Shown here: positions 29,472 to 38,398 of the stretch, one piece after another
How positions within the stretch are numbered: position 1 is the first letter of the stretch
Layout: every line of letters starts with the position of its first letter
IMG/VR virus record: IMGVR_UViG_3300025133_000019
DNA length: 64,000 bases
Strand: one strand, 5' to 3'
Origin: a virus
Taxonomy: Duplodnaviria; Heunggongvirae; Uroviricota; Caudoviricetes
Notes under the pieces: generated by a model
Told to the model about the DNA's origin: nothing
The model's database searches: none
Seen by the model: the letters and a program-made list of their open reading frames with translations, nothing else
Translations under genes and position numbers: made by a program

Positions 29472-30017
29472 TCATAGATACTTCAAAACATCTCTTTCGT
29501 TGGTTTCCTCTTTTTCTTCGTAGCTTATAGAATAAGCTTCGCTACCATCCATGCCTAAAATTCTGAGAACTCGAAACAAGCTATTCTCTTTTAATCCCGA
29601 CGCATTACTTACATGAACAGTCTTATTAAGTGGTATATGCCCTTCGATGTCCACGACTTCATCGTCAACCACAGCATAATTATCGTGCATTATACTATTC
29701 TCTTCCAGGAATTGTTTAACTTCAAATCCCCGGATTCTTTCTTGTGTTATCGGAGTAGTCGCCACAATTCGATCAGAATACTTGAAACCCTTGTCCTTCA
29801 ACTCAGCATAAAGTCTCGCCATATCGCAAATTCTCCAGGTAGAGCTTATTACTATCTGAAGATCAGGAATATTATCCATAATTACACCCAAGTTATCCAC
29901 TAGGTCTTTTTCCAGTCCAATTGGCCCCTTACTATTAGTTCTCTGTGGACCGCAAAGCCTGTTAAGGACTCCGTCGATATCCAGAAATAATATCGGATTC
30001 TCAGTACTTAAATCCAT
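29472..30017 (-). CDS. HAD-superfamily phosphatase (Swiss-Army-Knife RNA-repair type)
   Basis: LFLDIDGVLN, IVISSTWR, RGFEVKQFL, YAVVDD. Confidence 0.85.
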   Translation of the reverse strand: MDLSTENPILFLDIDGVLNRLCGPQRTNSKGPIGLEKDLVDNLGVIMDNIPDLQIVISSTWRICDMARLYAELKDKGFKYSDRIVATTPITQERIRGFEVKQFLEENSIMHDNYAVVDDEVVDIEGHIPLNKTVHVSNASGLKENSLFRVLRILGMDGSEAYSISYEEKEETNERDVLKYL

Positions 30018-30279
30018 AAATAGTCTCTCCAAACATTTCAGCAATCCATTGATCTAGCTCTTTTGACTTTTCCCGTACCCACAACCCAGGATTAGCATCC
30101 TGACCTATAACGTAAGTATCGCTTGGCTGGCCCGACAAATGAGGAGCACCTACCGTAATTTTGTCAATAGCAATCTCAACTACTAGGCTATTATGAGAAT
30201 TGACTCTAACAAATTCCTCGATCTCATTTGCCTTACAATTTAACATTTCTGCGATATTGTCTCTCAGAATTTCTAGCAT
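30001..30279 (-). CDS. Hypothetical protein
   Basis: GGAGG SD. Confidence 0.65.
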   Translation of the reverse strand: MLEILRDNIAEMLNCKANEIEEFVRVNSHNSLVVEIAIDKITVGAPHLSGQPSDTYVIGQDANPGLWVREKSKELDQWIAEMFGETIYGFKY

Positions 30280-30500
30280 CCTACCTCCCGGTAAAAATAT
30301 TCTATACAGGAATGCCTAATAAAATAAATTAGCTTTCCGTCAACCCTAGCTCTTCCGTAGCTAACACAAAAATCATCGGCCATTGTTAAACCTTTATCGG
30401 ATCTTTTTTCGTATCCCATATTTTCCTCGAAGTCATGGAGCATGGCTCGTCCTACTCTTTTCATAAAAGTATTTCGAGTTATGCTAATAGCATTCTCCAC
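30273..30500 (-). CDS. Hypothetical protein, paralog of 14274-14567
   Basis: GYEKRSDKGLTMADDFCVSY...HSCIEYFY. Confidence 0.7.
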   Translation of the reverse strand: MENAISITRNTFMKRVGRAMLHDFEENMGYEKRSDKGLTMADDFCVSYGRARVDGKLIYFIRHSCIEYFYREVGC

Positions 30501-30855
30501 AGCTTCGTTGACAAATTCTGCGTTGTGACTTATACAATTTCCTTAATTCCTTGGCAGTCTCAAACTTTGTGGGAACAGGAATTTGATTATTATACATTTG
30601 TAACCATTGTCGCTCACACAACGAAACTCTTAGTATTTCCAAAAGTGTTTCCTTGCTACAAGTCAACTCTTGGTTAGGAATTCCGGGTAAGTGGTGTGAA
30701 CTAGGTCTACTAAGTTTTTCTGAGAAAGCGAGTAAACCTAGTGAAGCGAAAGCATTTAAGTTATCAGACTCATCAGCTAAGTAATGATTTTGGAGTTCTG
30801 TGCAAACATAAATTAAATCAATTTGTTGTCTAGTAAAATGAAATGTAGTTTCCAT
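30484..30855 (-). CDS. Hypothetical protein
   Basis: TGATG coupling. Confidence 0.65.
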   Translation of the reverse strand: METTFHFTRQQIDLIYVCTELQNHYLADESDNLNAFASLGLLAFSEKLSRPSSHHLPGIPNQELTCSKETLLEILRVSLCERQWLQMYNNQIPVPTKFETAKELRKLYKSQRRICQRSCGECY

Positions 30856-31700
30856 CAGTCCCCTTTCGGCGGGTATTTAGGTTGTTTATGTGAATTACCG
30901 TGTTTTAATTGTGACTTAAAAGATTTAACTTTATGAGAATCATCCTTTAGATATTCGTCTAAGACTTTCCACATCGGCTCAAGTAGTGGGTCATTTGTAC
31001 GTATGCCCTCTTTAAATTTGGGGTGCTCCTTTTTATACATAGCCAAAAACTTAGGTTCGCTAAGGCTAACTTCTACATTAGCAATTCGGTCAGCTAGTTT
31101 TACGATTGTAGAATCTCTGTTAAACTTAATTTTCTTGTATGTCAAGGCTTTTCTAGTAGCTCTGTTTTTTCCAGGTTCATCAGTCACAGCCCATACAATC
31201 GAGGATATTTTTGCTCCGAATTTCTCGGTTATCTCTTCTAATTCAGTATCAGTGTCTTCTATAATGTCGTGAAGCCATGCAGACACATACAAATCGGGAT
31301 TGTCAAATCCGAATCTCTTTACTACTTCGGCTACTTTGTTTAAATGGAATGTATAGGGCTTGTCCTGGTAAGTCTGTCCCTCATGTCTTTCGCTTGCTAG
31401 TGCTTTGGCTTCAGCGAGTAATAAATTCCTCTCGAATTTGGCTAACTCGATTTTTCGCTGGGCTCCCATGTTTTCGGTGTTAAATCCGTATATATTAGCA
31501 ATAGCAAACAACATCTGCTCCACTCCCATAATTTCCTCAAGGACTTGGCCCTTAGAAATTCGGTTTCTCCTGTAATGAGAGATAGCCGTCATTAGTTCCC
31601 CTATTTCCTCATGAAGCATATCAAACTGGCTATTCTGACCCCACAAAGCTATGGCCCTCTTAACTAAGTCTTTAAATTTCGGTGAATTTAGTTCGTGCAT
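30855..31700 (-). CDS. MazG-like NTP-PPase domain fused to a RelA/SpoT-type HD hydrolase (SAH/Mesh1-like)
   Basis: N-terminus WG..SQ..M..EEIGEL...EEI; C-terminus HEGQ..KPY..H, WLHDIIEDT, VKLADRIAN. Confidence 0.8.
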   Translation of the reverse strand: MHELNSPKFKDLVKRAIALWGQNSQFDMLHEEIGELMTAISHYRRNRISKGQVLEEIMGVEQMLFAIANIYGFNTENMGAQRKIELAKFERNLLLAEAKALASERHEGQTYQDKPYTFHLNKVAEVVKRFGFDNPDLYVSAWLHDIIEDTDTELEEITEKFGAKISSIVWAVTDEPGKNRATRKALTYKKIKFNRDSTIVKLADRIANVEVSLSEPKFLAMYKKEHPKFKEGIRTNDPLLEPMWKVLDEYLKDDSHKVKSFKSQLKHGNSHKQPKYPPKGD

Positions 31701-31871
31701 ATCAATTCCTTTTTCCTGGTTCTTATATATAATAACTCGGATACTCGGTCAAGTGGGAAAAAACTTGTTGAAATAGAACATTATTTTTGATATTATTTGT
31801 GTTCGTAGAACAAGGTAACTCCAACACGAGTTTTATATCTAAAAGAAAAAAGCCGGTTTCCCGGCTTAATC

Positions 31872-32081
31872 TTATTCTAATACCTCATTATCTTGGATTG
31901 CTTCTTCGCTGGCTTCTTCAATGATCTCAATACTGACATCATCTCTATCGAAACTCATTTTAACCCTGTTAGCATCAACTAATGAAACAGCCTTTTCTTT
32001 AGCCTTATCTTTAGTGTCGCCTGATACTAGAATCGTTTGAGTTTCAACTGTTGTTTTCATAATGTCGATTGACCATATCAT
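31872..32081 (-). CDS. Small DpnD/PcfM-like protein
   Basis: TILVSGDTKDKAKEKA; GAGGAG SD. Confidence 0.55.
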   Translation of the reverse strand: MIWSIDIMKTTVETQTILVSGDTKDKAKEKAVSLVDANRVKMSFDRDDVSIEIIEEASEEAIQDNEVLE

Positions 32082-32353
32082 TCTAACTCCTCTGTGGCCA
32101 TTGGCCTGTTTTTCTTTAACCTCTCAGACACAGTATCAAAATCTATTTCAACACTAAATCCTATTTCGTCATCGGTAGTTAATTTAAACGGTATCATTCT
32201 AGCTCCTTTGTTATATTTAATAGCCCGGATACTGGGTCAAGTGAGAATAACAGGGCGAATAAATATATATTCAAAATTCATGCTCACTTCCTTTCAGAAC
32301 TAGTAACCGAGATAACAGGTCAAGTGGGAATAACCAAGTGAAAGCGGATATTT

Positions 32354-33577
32354 CTACCCGCTCAACTTAGTTTTAAACAGTTCAATTCTCTTCATCAAAA
32401 GAATGTCCCCTATCTGTTTTCCCTTGTAGCCTAGTGCCACAATTTCGTCTCCACGGATTTCCTGCTCGGTTTCCTTGGCAAGTGAGTACAACCTCTTCAT
32501 GTCAGCGTAAAGGTCAGCCTCTACTACCGGGTCGGCTCCATCTCTGTAAACAGCATCCAAAAAAGCTACTAGCATAAGGTCTTCGATATCCTTTTTTAGC
32601 AGGTATTTAAGAGCTTTACCCGGCTTCATCTCCGGTACTTTCCTGAGTACTAGATGAAACTCGGAACACTGCTCACTAAATTTTCGGATACTAGAAGGAA
32701 GACGGTTACGCAACCCGAACTCTCTGACTAGCTCGATTCCAAGTTTATCATGATTATAGTGGCTAGGATGATTTTCAGCAGGAGTTACCCCTTTGCCTAA
32801 GTCATGCAACAACAAACCATAAAGAATCTTGAGGTCAAATCTACCTTTGGCACGATCCAACAAATTCATAACGTGCCTATAAGCCGTTCCGTCATGTTTA
32901 TCTGGAACTAGCAAGGCTTGAATTTCAGGAAAATGCACATCCAAGCAATCAACTTCTAGCAAGAAGTCAAAGAACCTGGAAGGAAAAGGGCTCAAAAGAA
33001 CTTTGTCAAGCTCTTTAACAATTCGATCACCTGGAATCTCTGTTAGCATGGGTTTCATTTTCTTACAAAGATCTTTAGTTTCTTGGGAAACTTCAAAGCC
33101 TAGTTGAGCTGCGAACCTTCCAACTCTCAAGATTCTAAGTGGATCTTCTTGAAATGCTTGGGAAACATGACGCAGTTTTTTGCTTGCTAAATCTCTTTGA
33201 CCGTTAAAAGGGTCAATGATCTTGCGCCCGTCCCATGCCATAGCATTTATCGTCAAGTCTCTACGGCTTAAATCTTGCTCAAGAGTAACACCGTTAACCT
33301 CAACGCTGAAATCGTGGTAACCATCACCCAAAGATTTTTCAATCCTAGCCATAGCGAGTTCTCTGCTCTCTCCGTCTACATTAACCAAGAATACAGGAAA
33401 ATCATGGCCTACAGGCTCACCAAATTCTTTTGCTAGGGTTTGGGTCGCTACGCCTTCAACAACGTAATCTATGTCATTAAATGGACGGTTAAGCAGGGAG
33501 TCACGAACGCAACCGCCTACTTGATACAAACTACCGCCCAAGTTTTTGATTTGATCTTTAAGTTTTTGCTCGTTCAT
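32354..33577 (-). CDS. cca: CCA tRNA nucleotidyltransferase with HD domain
   Basis: VGGCVRD, DIDYVV, DLSRRDLTINAMA, EDPLRILR..RF; LLHDLGKGVTP...H..HD. Confidence 0.9.
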   Translation of the reverse strand: MNEQKLKDQIKNLGGSLYQVGGCVRDSLLNRPFNDIDYVVEGVATQTLAKEFGEPVGHDFPVFLVNVDGESRELAMARIEKSLGDGYHDFSVEVNGVTLEQDLSRRDLTINAMAWDGRKIIDPFNGQRDLASKKLRHVSQAFQEDPLRILRVGRFAAQLGFEVSQETKDLCKKMKPMLTEIPGDRIVKELDKVLLSPFPSRFFDFLLEVDCLDVHFPEIQALLVPDKHDGTAYRHVMNLLDRAKGRFDLKILYGLLLHDLGKGVTPAENHPSHYNHDKLGIELVREFGLRNRLPSSIRKFSEQCSEFHLVLRKVPEMKPGKALKYLLKKDIEDLMLVAFLDAVYRDGADPVVEADLYADMKRLYSLAKETEQEIRGDEIVALGYKGKQIGDILLMKRIELFKTKLSG

Positions 33578-33580
33578 AAC

Positions 33581-33832
33581 TCACCTTTCAGTTGCTTTAA
33601 TCAAATGGGCTTGGGCAGCCCTAACGGCATAACCCAAATTATCTCTGACGTTTGCATTGGCGTGTCGCCAATGCATTGGCTTCATTCTGGCAGCTCGATT
33701 TATTCCGGCAGCTTCAATAAATTCTTTTCCAAACATTACCTTATACCCGAACTTGTCGGTTATAAGGGAATAGCCTTTCTCTTCCAGGACACGGCTTGCT
33801 TTTTGAAGTTCTTTATATTCCCAATCTCTCAT
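33581..33832 (-). CDS. Hypothetical protein
   Basis: GAGGA SD; packed in operon. Confidence 0.65.
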   Translation of the reverse strand: MRDWEYKELQKASRVLEEKGYSLITDKFGYKVMFGKEFIEAAGINRAARMKPMHWRHANANVRDNLGYAVRAAQAHLIKATER

Positions 33833-33835
33833 TTT

Positions 33836-34027
33836 TTATTCCTCTCTCAACACTTCACACAAAGTAGATGACATTGACGAGAAAAGACTTGATAATTCTG
33901 TGTCAGACATAGTATCCAAGTCATACCCAGCAATATAATCTCCGTCCTGTGTCCAATGTTCAGAATGAACACCCCCATCATAAAATCTAATTGTGTAACC
34001 CAGCTTCAAGATTAAATCTTTTAACAT
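33836..34027 (-). CDS. Hypothetical protein
   Basis: AAGGA SD. Confidence 0.6.
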   Translation of the reverse strand: MLKDLILKLGYTIRFYDGGVHSEHWTQDGDYIAGYDLDTMSDTELSSLFSSMSSTLCEVLREE

Positions 34028-34386
34028 GATTATCTTTTCCTTGAGTTTTGGCCAGCTTTCATCTGAAAATACTGAATGCTAACGACTTTAGCCTCTTTAA
34101 TTAAAGGGCTAGTTAAATTGTCCCCAACTTTCAGGACTTCATGAATATTAGTTTGATCCACTTCGGAATCATCAAATTCTATTTGTACCGCAATTACAGC
34201 TTTCATATTTTTCTCCTTTCATATATGGTAACCCAGATACCGGGTCAAGTGGGAATAACTTGTTGAAATAGAAATTATTTTTTAGATTTGTGGGGTATTA
34301 GTTGTGTTCATAGAGTAAGGAACTCCAACACAAGTTTTATATACAAAAGAAAAAAGCCGGTTTCCCGGCTTTATGGTTGTTTAGAG

Positions 34387-34650
34387 TTAGGGCATTTCAT
34401 TAAGATATTCCATGCCAATTCTCTCGGCAGTAGTTTCTACTGCACCAACATAATCAACACCGTTAATACTGTATAACCAGTCATCCATTTCGCTTTCAGT
34501 TTTCTCGGTGGCAACATGGACTTGACTATAAAATTGATCTTCCCTATATTTTCCGCCGTCCCTAACTTCGATTGTACTGGCTAATTTACTAAGCCTTAGT
34601 CTCAAGAAACTTGCCGAATGAGTTTCTACATCAATAATTAAAAAATTCAT
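34387..34650 (-). CDS. Hypothetical protein
   Basis: Single-gene cassette: promoter A, AAGGAG, terminator. Confidence 0.75.
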   Translation of the reverse strand: MNFLIIDVETHSASFLRLRLSKLASTIEVRDGGKYREDQFYSQVHVATEKTESEMDDWLYSINGVDYVGAVETTAERIGMEYLNEMP

Positions 34651-34722
34651 AATAACTCCTTTGTTATATTTAATAGCCCGGATACTGGGTCAAGTGAGAA
34701 TAACAGGGCGAATAAATTATTT

Positions 34723-35331
34723 CTAAGCTAAAAGTTCCTTAACCGTAAAAACTTCGTCTATAATCCTGATTGCTTTTAAACCGTTAAACTTCCTTGGCCC
34801 CAAGTAAACATCAAGATTTTCCCGAGTAGCTGACTCGTCTCTAGGGACTAGAAAATCTTTGTCGTTTATCAGTCCGGTTATTTTCCAATCCAAATCACAT
34901 ACATTCTTATTTAAAAAACGTAGTCCAATATTCTGCATCCCTTTATCCTTAGAAAAATATCCAACTTCTTCTCCGGGATGTCTGTCAGTATCAAACCACA
35001 GAGCATCAAAACGAGTGAGCTTAAAGATACGCTCGTTGTTCCATTTGCCGTCTGAACTGAAAATCACATAAACAGGATCTCCAGTTTCTTCGGATTCTCT
35101 TTCCAAAACTTTCATCCGTTTATAAGCATTATCAACTTTAGTGTTGATACCACGATAAATAGATTTGGCCCACTGACTAATAAAACACGACTTAGGGTCA
35201 TCTCGGTAATCCTGAGCCCTGTAATAGTCCTGCATTAAAAAGCCATACCGCATCATCCACACTTTTAACTTAGTGTCGCCTTGTTTAATCACTCTTGATT
35301 TATTCGTTAAGTGGTAAACCCAAACGCCCAT
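34723..35331 (-). CDS. Hypothetical protein
   Basis: AGGAGG before ATG 35331. Confidence 0.75.
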   Translation of the reverse strand: MGVWVYHLTNKSRVIKQGDTKLKVWMMRYGFLMQDYYRAQDYRDDPKSCFISQWAKSIYRGINTKVDNAYKRMKVLERESEETGDPVYVIFSSDGKWNNERIFKLTRFDALWFDTDRHPGEEVGYFSKDKGMQNIGLRFLNKNVCDLDWKITGLINDKDFLVPRDESATRENLDVYLGPRKFNGLKAIRIIDEVFTVKELLA

Positions 35332-35429
35332 ATACCCTCCTATGAGTACAACGTACATACTATGATATCAAAATCTCGATTCCTGGACCCAAAAAAATTA
35401 TTTTTATTCTAAATTTAATCTCAGAATAA

Positions 35430-35535
35430 AATTTTGTGGCCTCACAAGCAATTAACTGCAAGCACGGCCCTAGACTCATGGACTCTGCAATCCATGTTCT
35501 CAAGGGCCAAAGTCTAGTTGAACCCCTGATGTTTC
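35430..35535 (-). ncRNA. Candidate small structured RNA at the head of the leftward arm
   Basis: Directly downstream of promoter A (35560); nested GGCCCU/AGGGCC and CAUGGA/UCCAUG stems; no SD-led ORF. Confidence 0.45.
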
Positions 35536-36056
35536 TCGTTTATAATATTCAAGATACTAGGTCAAGTGAGAATAACAAGGTGAACTAAGACTATTTTTTA
35601 AATTTTTATTAATAAGTCTCGATTTCTAGGTGTAAACATAAAAAATCGTTTGTAAATAAGGGTTTGAGAACCAGGGATTGACTAATTTGTTAAGTGTTTG
35701 GGCTAACTCTGTTGTAACTCCTTTTAATTCTCCTAGAAATTGGTCCCTTACTACTCCACAATAAATAGCGATACGTGTATATACATATCAAGGTCTGCTC
35801 AATTTGCATCAAATCCCTGTTTTCCTCAGGAGGTCTATAGGTGGTTTATAGACTAATGTATTGGTGCCAGCGATTTCATAAAAAATAAATTTTTCGAGAA
35901 AAGCAGGTAGTTTTATTTGCTCATAGATTAATGTATTAACACAAATAATTTCATAAAAAATAAATTTTTAGCAATCAAAATAATTTCTATTTCAACAAGT
36001 TATTCCCACTTGACCCGGTATTTTGAATACTAGATACGTAGGAACAAGGAGGAAAT

Positions 36057-36320
36057 ATGTTCACGCAGATTTTTACGCAGGACTTGGTGGATTTAAGCTC
36101 GAATCCACCGATGAAATCCCTTTTGCTAGGTGTTATACATGAGAGCGATTTTCCGCTTATCTATCAAGCCGGAGGACAGTTCGACGTGAGCTGTGGCAGA
36201 CTAGAAATAAGTTTGAAAAGGGCGACTGCTCTTTTTCAGGAAAAACCTGACCAAATTTTTTGGTCAAGCGAGTTTGTAAAACTCGTATCGAATAATTCTA
36301 GTTTCACTCGATTATTCTAA
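36057..36320 (+). CDS. Hypothetical protein
   Basis: AAGGAGG SD; 3' end runs into the next promoter cassette. Confidence 0.7.
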   Translation: MFTQIFTQDLVDLSSNPPMKSLLLGVIHESDFPLIYQAGGQFDVSCGRLEISLKRATALFQEKPDQIFWSSEFVKLVSNNSSFTRLF

Positions 36321-36398
36321 CTTGACCGGATATCTCGAACACTAAACACACAAGGGGATCGAGTCCGGTCCCCACAAAAATTAAACAGGAGTTTACTT

Positions 36399-36920
36399 AT
36401 GAATTGCTTATGTAAAGGGTGTGCATCACTCGTATTCAAAAAGATCGAAGATTTCATTCAGCATGGAGGTTTGTGTAGGCGATGCAAAGGCATCAACTAT
36501 CTATTCACCCTGGAATTGCGAAATTACCCCCAACATCTCCTGGGAAGCTACTACAGGAAGCACGTAGTAATTGCTTTCAACCGCAAAGAGCTTCTTGGTC
36601 TAGTGAACAAACTTCCTTTGGGCTATGAGTCCGACGGGAAATTTAATGCCGATGACTGGCAGATAACTCAAACTAGGGCAATCAGGAAGCCCGCTGGAAT
36701 CCTGGGCAATAAGTCCTTGCATTGTGGGGTAAATACCCGCTCCGCTCTTAGAGCATACGCAAAATCCCATGTGGCACCATATGTAGCCAATGGGTATGAC
36801 TGGATGCTCAATGACGCAGGAAATGCGATTGAAGTCTACAACGTCGCAGAATTTGAGGCGGTCAAAGCAAAAGATCGAAAGTCTTTTGAGTCCTCTACAG
36901 TGATTAAGGTCACGGGTTAA
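36399..36920 (+). CDS. Hypothetical protein with N-terminal Cys motifs
   Basis: AGGAG SD; CKGC...CRRC. Confidence 0.75.
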   Translation: MNCLCKGCASLVFKKIEDFIQHGGLCRRCKGINYLFTLELRNYPQHLLGSYYRKHVVIAFNRKELLGLVNKLPLGYESDGKFNADDWQITQTRAIRKPAGILGNKSLHCGVNTRSALRAYAKSHVAPYVANGYDWMLNDAGNAIEVYNVAEFEAVKAKDRKSFESSTVIKVTG

Positions 36921-36926
36921 GGGATT

Positions 36927-36956
36927 AGGGGAGAGGGCTTCGACCCTCTCCCCTTT
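36927..36956 (+). terminator. GC hairpin, probable terminator or attenuator
   Basis: aggggagaggg-cttcga-ccctctcccct followed by tt. Confidence 0.6.
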
Positions 36957-36959
36957 GAT

Positions 36960-37115
36960 ATGGCAAAACAAGCTATTTCAATCAGACTCGACAAAGAAAT
37001 CCTAGATTTCTTTAGTGGCCCTGGATACCAAACTAAAATTAATTTGGTTTTGCGTAGACATATCCAAAATCAAAAACCGCAGAGAACACGAAGAACACGA
37101 AGAATTATATTTTGA
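36960..37115 (+). CDS. BrnA-antitoxin-family ribbon-helix-helix protein (not in the ORF track)
   Basis: MAKQAISIRLDKEILDFFSGPGYQTKINLVLRRHI matches the BrnA C-terminal ISIRLD..V...F...G.GYQT.IN..LR pattern. Confidence 0.75.
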   Translation: MAKQAISIRLDKEILDFFSGPGYQTKINLVLRRHIQNQKPQRTRRTRRIIF

Positions 37116-37176
37116 CCGTGTTTTTCTCACTTGATCCCATATCTGGAATACTAGTTATGAAAGAGGGAGGAATCAA

Positions 37177-37419
37177 ATGAGTTTCTGGAAAAAAGTATTC
37201 AACTTCGGATACAGGTCACCTTCCTTCAAGGAAGTAATTGGCCTCACAAAACTTGAGCGAAAGCTCAAGAAAAAATCAGGTTACTATACAATCACCAAGC
37301 CTAATAGACTGGTGACTAACCTGAAAAAACGCCTCAAGCATCGAGTTGGATATTATTCCGCTCCTGTAAGGTTCTTACGACGTGGTGTCCCTGTAGTGAA
37401 AACTGTGGGACGTGACTAG
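37177..37419 (+). CDS. Small basic protein
   Basis: GGGAGG SD after promoter A. Confidence 0.75.
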   Translation: MSFWKKVFNFGYRSPSFKEVIGLTKLERKLKKKSGYYTITKPNRLVTNLKKRLKHRVGYYSAPVRFLRRGVPVVKTVGRD

Positions 37420-37648
37420 GATGAGGAACCAGGAATTCTGAACCTGGAACCGAAATTCCGAAACCTAAAATGGCCCCCTGATTTTTATCAGTACGGGCCA
37501 TTTTTGGGTCAACTGAGTTTGGTCACTTGACACAGGATCTCGGTTATTATGTATGAGAACGGGTAAACAATTGAGGCAGGGTGCCTCGATCCTCCGTTCC
37601 TTTCGCAAGGGGAAACAACAATTCTGTTTCCCCTACAAAGGAGTGTGT

Positions 37649-37837
37649 ATGCAATTATTTAGTTTAGACGGTTTTTTCGCTGGCCTTAAAGAGGTCAACG
37701 GGGATTTGAGCACACAGGAGAAGCGAGAAGAGTTTTTCGCTTCCGTCCAGGAAAATACTGATCCAGAATTTTCTGGTCAGGTAGAAGAGAGTCTAGCGCA
37801 AGCCTGTGCAGACGGACTTTTTAACCAGGAGGAATGA
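37649..37837 (+). CDS. Hypothetical acidic protein behind a structured leader
   Basis: AAGGAG before ATG 37649. Confidence 0.7.
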   Translation: MQLFSLDGFFAGLKEVNGDLSTQEKREEFFASVQENTDPEFSGQVEESLAQACADGLFNQEE

Positions 37838-38025
37838 TGAGCCAGGAATTAGAAACGATCAAAAGCATATCCAAAATCACTAATCAAGTAATGAAAACTG
37901 GGAACCCTTTATCAACGGTTATCCCAAGTCAGCATAATCGAATCGCTTTCCGTTGGTTAGCACAACAAGAAGTGGAATTTACTGCTGTTGGTGGTGAAAC
38001 TTTAACTTCTTTAGAAATCCGGTAA
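37834..38025 (+). CDS. Hypothetical protein
   Basis: AGGAGG; ATGA overlap. Confidence 0.65.
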   Translation: MMSQELETIKSISKITNQVMKTGNPLSTVIPSQHNRIAFRWLAQQEVEFTAVGGETLTSLEIR

Positions 38026-38093
38026 AACCCACACGATTTTTCTCACTTGACACAGCATCTTGAATCTTAGTTTTGAGGAAGGGAGGAACACAA

Positions 38094-38351
38094 ATGTTCC
38101 AGTCAATTTTTAGGTTTTTCAAGAAACACAAGACTCTGGTTGAGTCCGTGGGAATTTCGGTAATAATTCCAACATCTCAAGAAAGGACTTTGGCCCGACA
38201 GGTTATCAAGGACTTAAAGAAAGGTGAGCAGATTTCACTGATTCTCCCTGAAAACACAGGGATAGGCCAAGTGGTAGCGGAGCAAGGCTATCACGTAGCC
38301 AAGTTTAACGGGTCCAATCGAGGGCTTGCCGAATTTGCCTTTTGGAGATGA
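38094..38351 (+). CDS. Hypothetical protein
   Basis: GGGAGG SD. Confidence 0.7.
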   Translation: MFQSIFRFFKKHKTLVESVGISVIIPTSQERTLARQVIKDLKKGEQISLILPENTGIGQVVAEQGYHVAKFNGSNRGLAEFAFWR

Positions 38352-38398
38352 GATAGAGTAAGATAGAAAGGGGTGGCCAAAAGGTTGCCCCCGAAAGG

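Larger units (their letters stand above)
6182..34327 (+). repeat. Box B: 11 dispersed copies of TTCATAGAATAAGGTAACTCCA
   Basis: Starts at 6182, 14704, 18890, 20159, 22611, 24144, 26037, 27765, 29386, 31802, 34307; each lies between a terminator and the next promoter A. Confidence 0.9.
6222..34370 (-). terminator. Family of leftward intrinsic terminators (GC hairpin plus U tract)
   Basis: Hairpins near 6231-6250, 11640-11665, 14753-14770, 18940-18957, 20203-20216, 21266-21288, 22661-22680, 24194-24209, 26087-26106, 27816-27833, 29449-29466, 31851-31866, 34355-34370, each with a + strand A tract on the left; many share GCCGGG..CCCGGC. Confidence 0.85.
2980..35585 (-). promoter_or_regulatory. 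Promoter-A family, 22 leftward copies (TTCTCACTTGACC-N12-TAYTAR)
   Basis: + strand GGTCAAG core at 3002, 3639, 6116, 11607, 14640, 17162, 17887, 18615, 20104, 20822, 22450, 22539, 24082, 25965, 27700, 29322, 31747, 32235, 32318, 34243, 34688, 35560; nearly all intergenic and oriented with the genes. Confidence 0.85.
34237..36021. repeat. Perfect 45-bp inverted repeat (34237-34281 / 35977-36021)
   Basis: ataccgggtcaagtgggaataacttgttgaaatagaaattatttt and its reverse complement. Confidence 0.9.

Noticed and set aside
6182-34327. Dispersed 22-bp and promoter repeats as a CRISPR array
   Set aside because: Copies are kilobases apart, separated by whole genes, with no regular spacers and no cas genes.
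6182-34327. Box B read on the minus strand as SD (GGAG) plus ATG of a leader peptide
   Set aside because: Spacing is 12 nt, the downstream peptides are not conserved (one is ATG-AAT-TAA), and the 31802 copy has ACG.
1101-35071. Plus-strand ORFs of the track within the leftward arm (e.g. 1101, 5137, 19374, 28709, 33440)
   Set aside because: Antisense shadows of well-supported minus-strand genes, with no SD or recognisable motifs.
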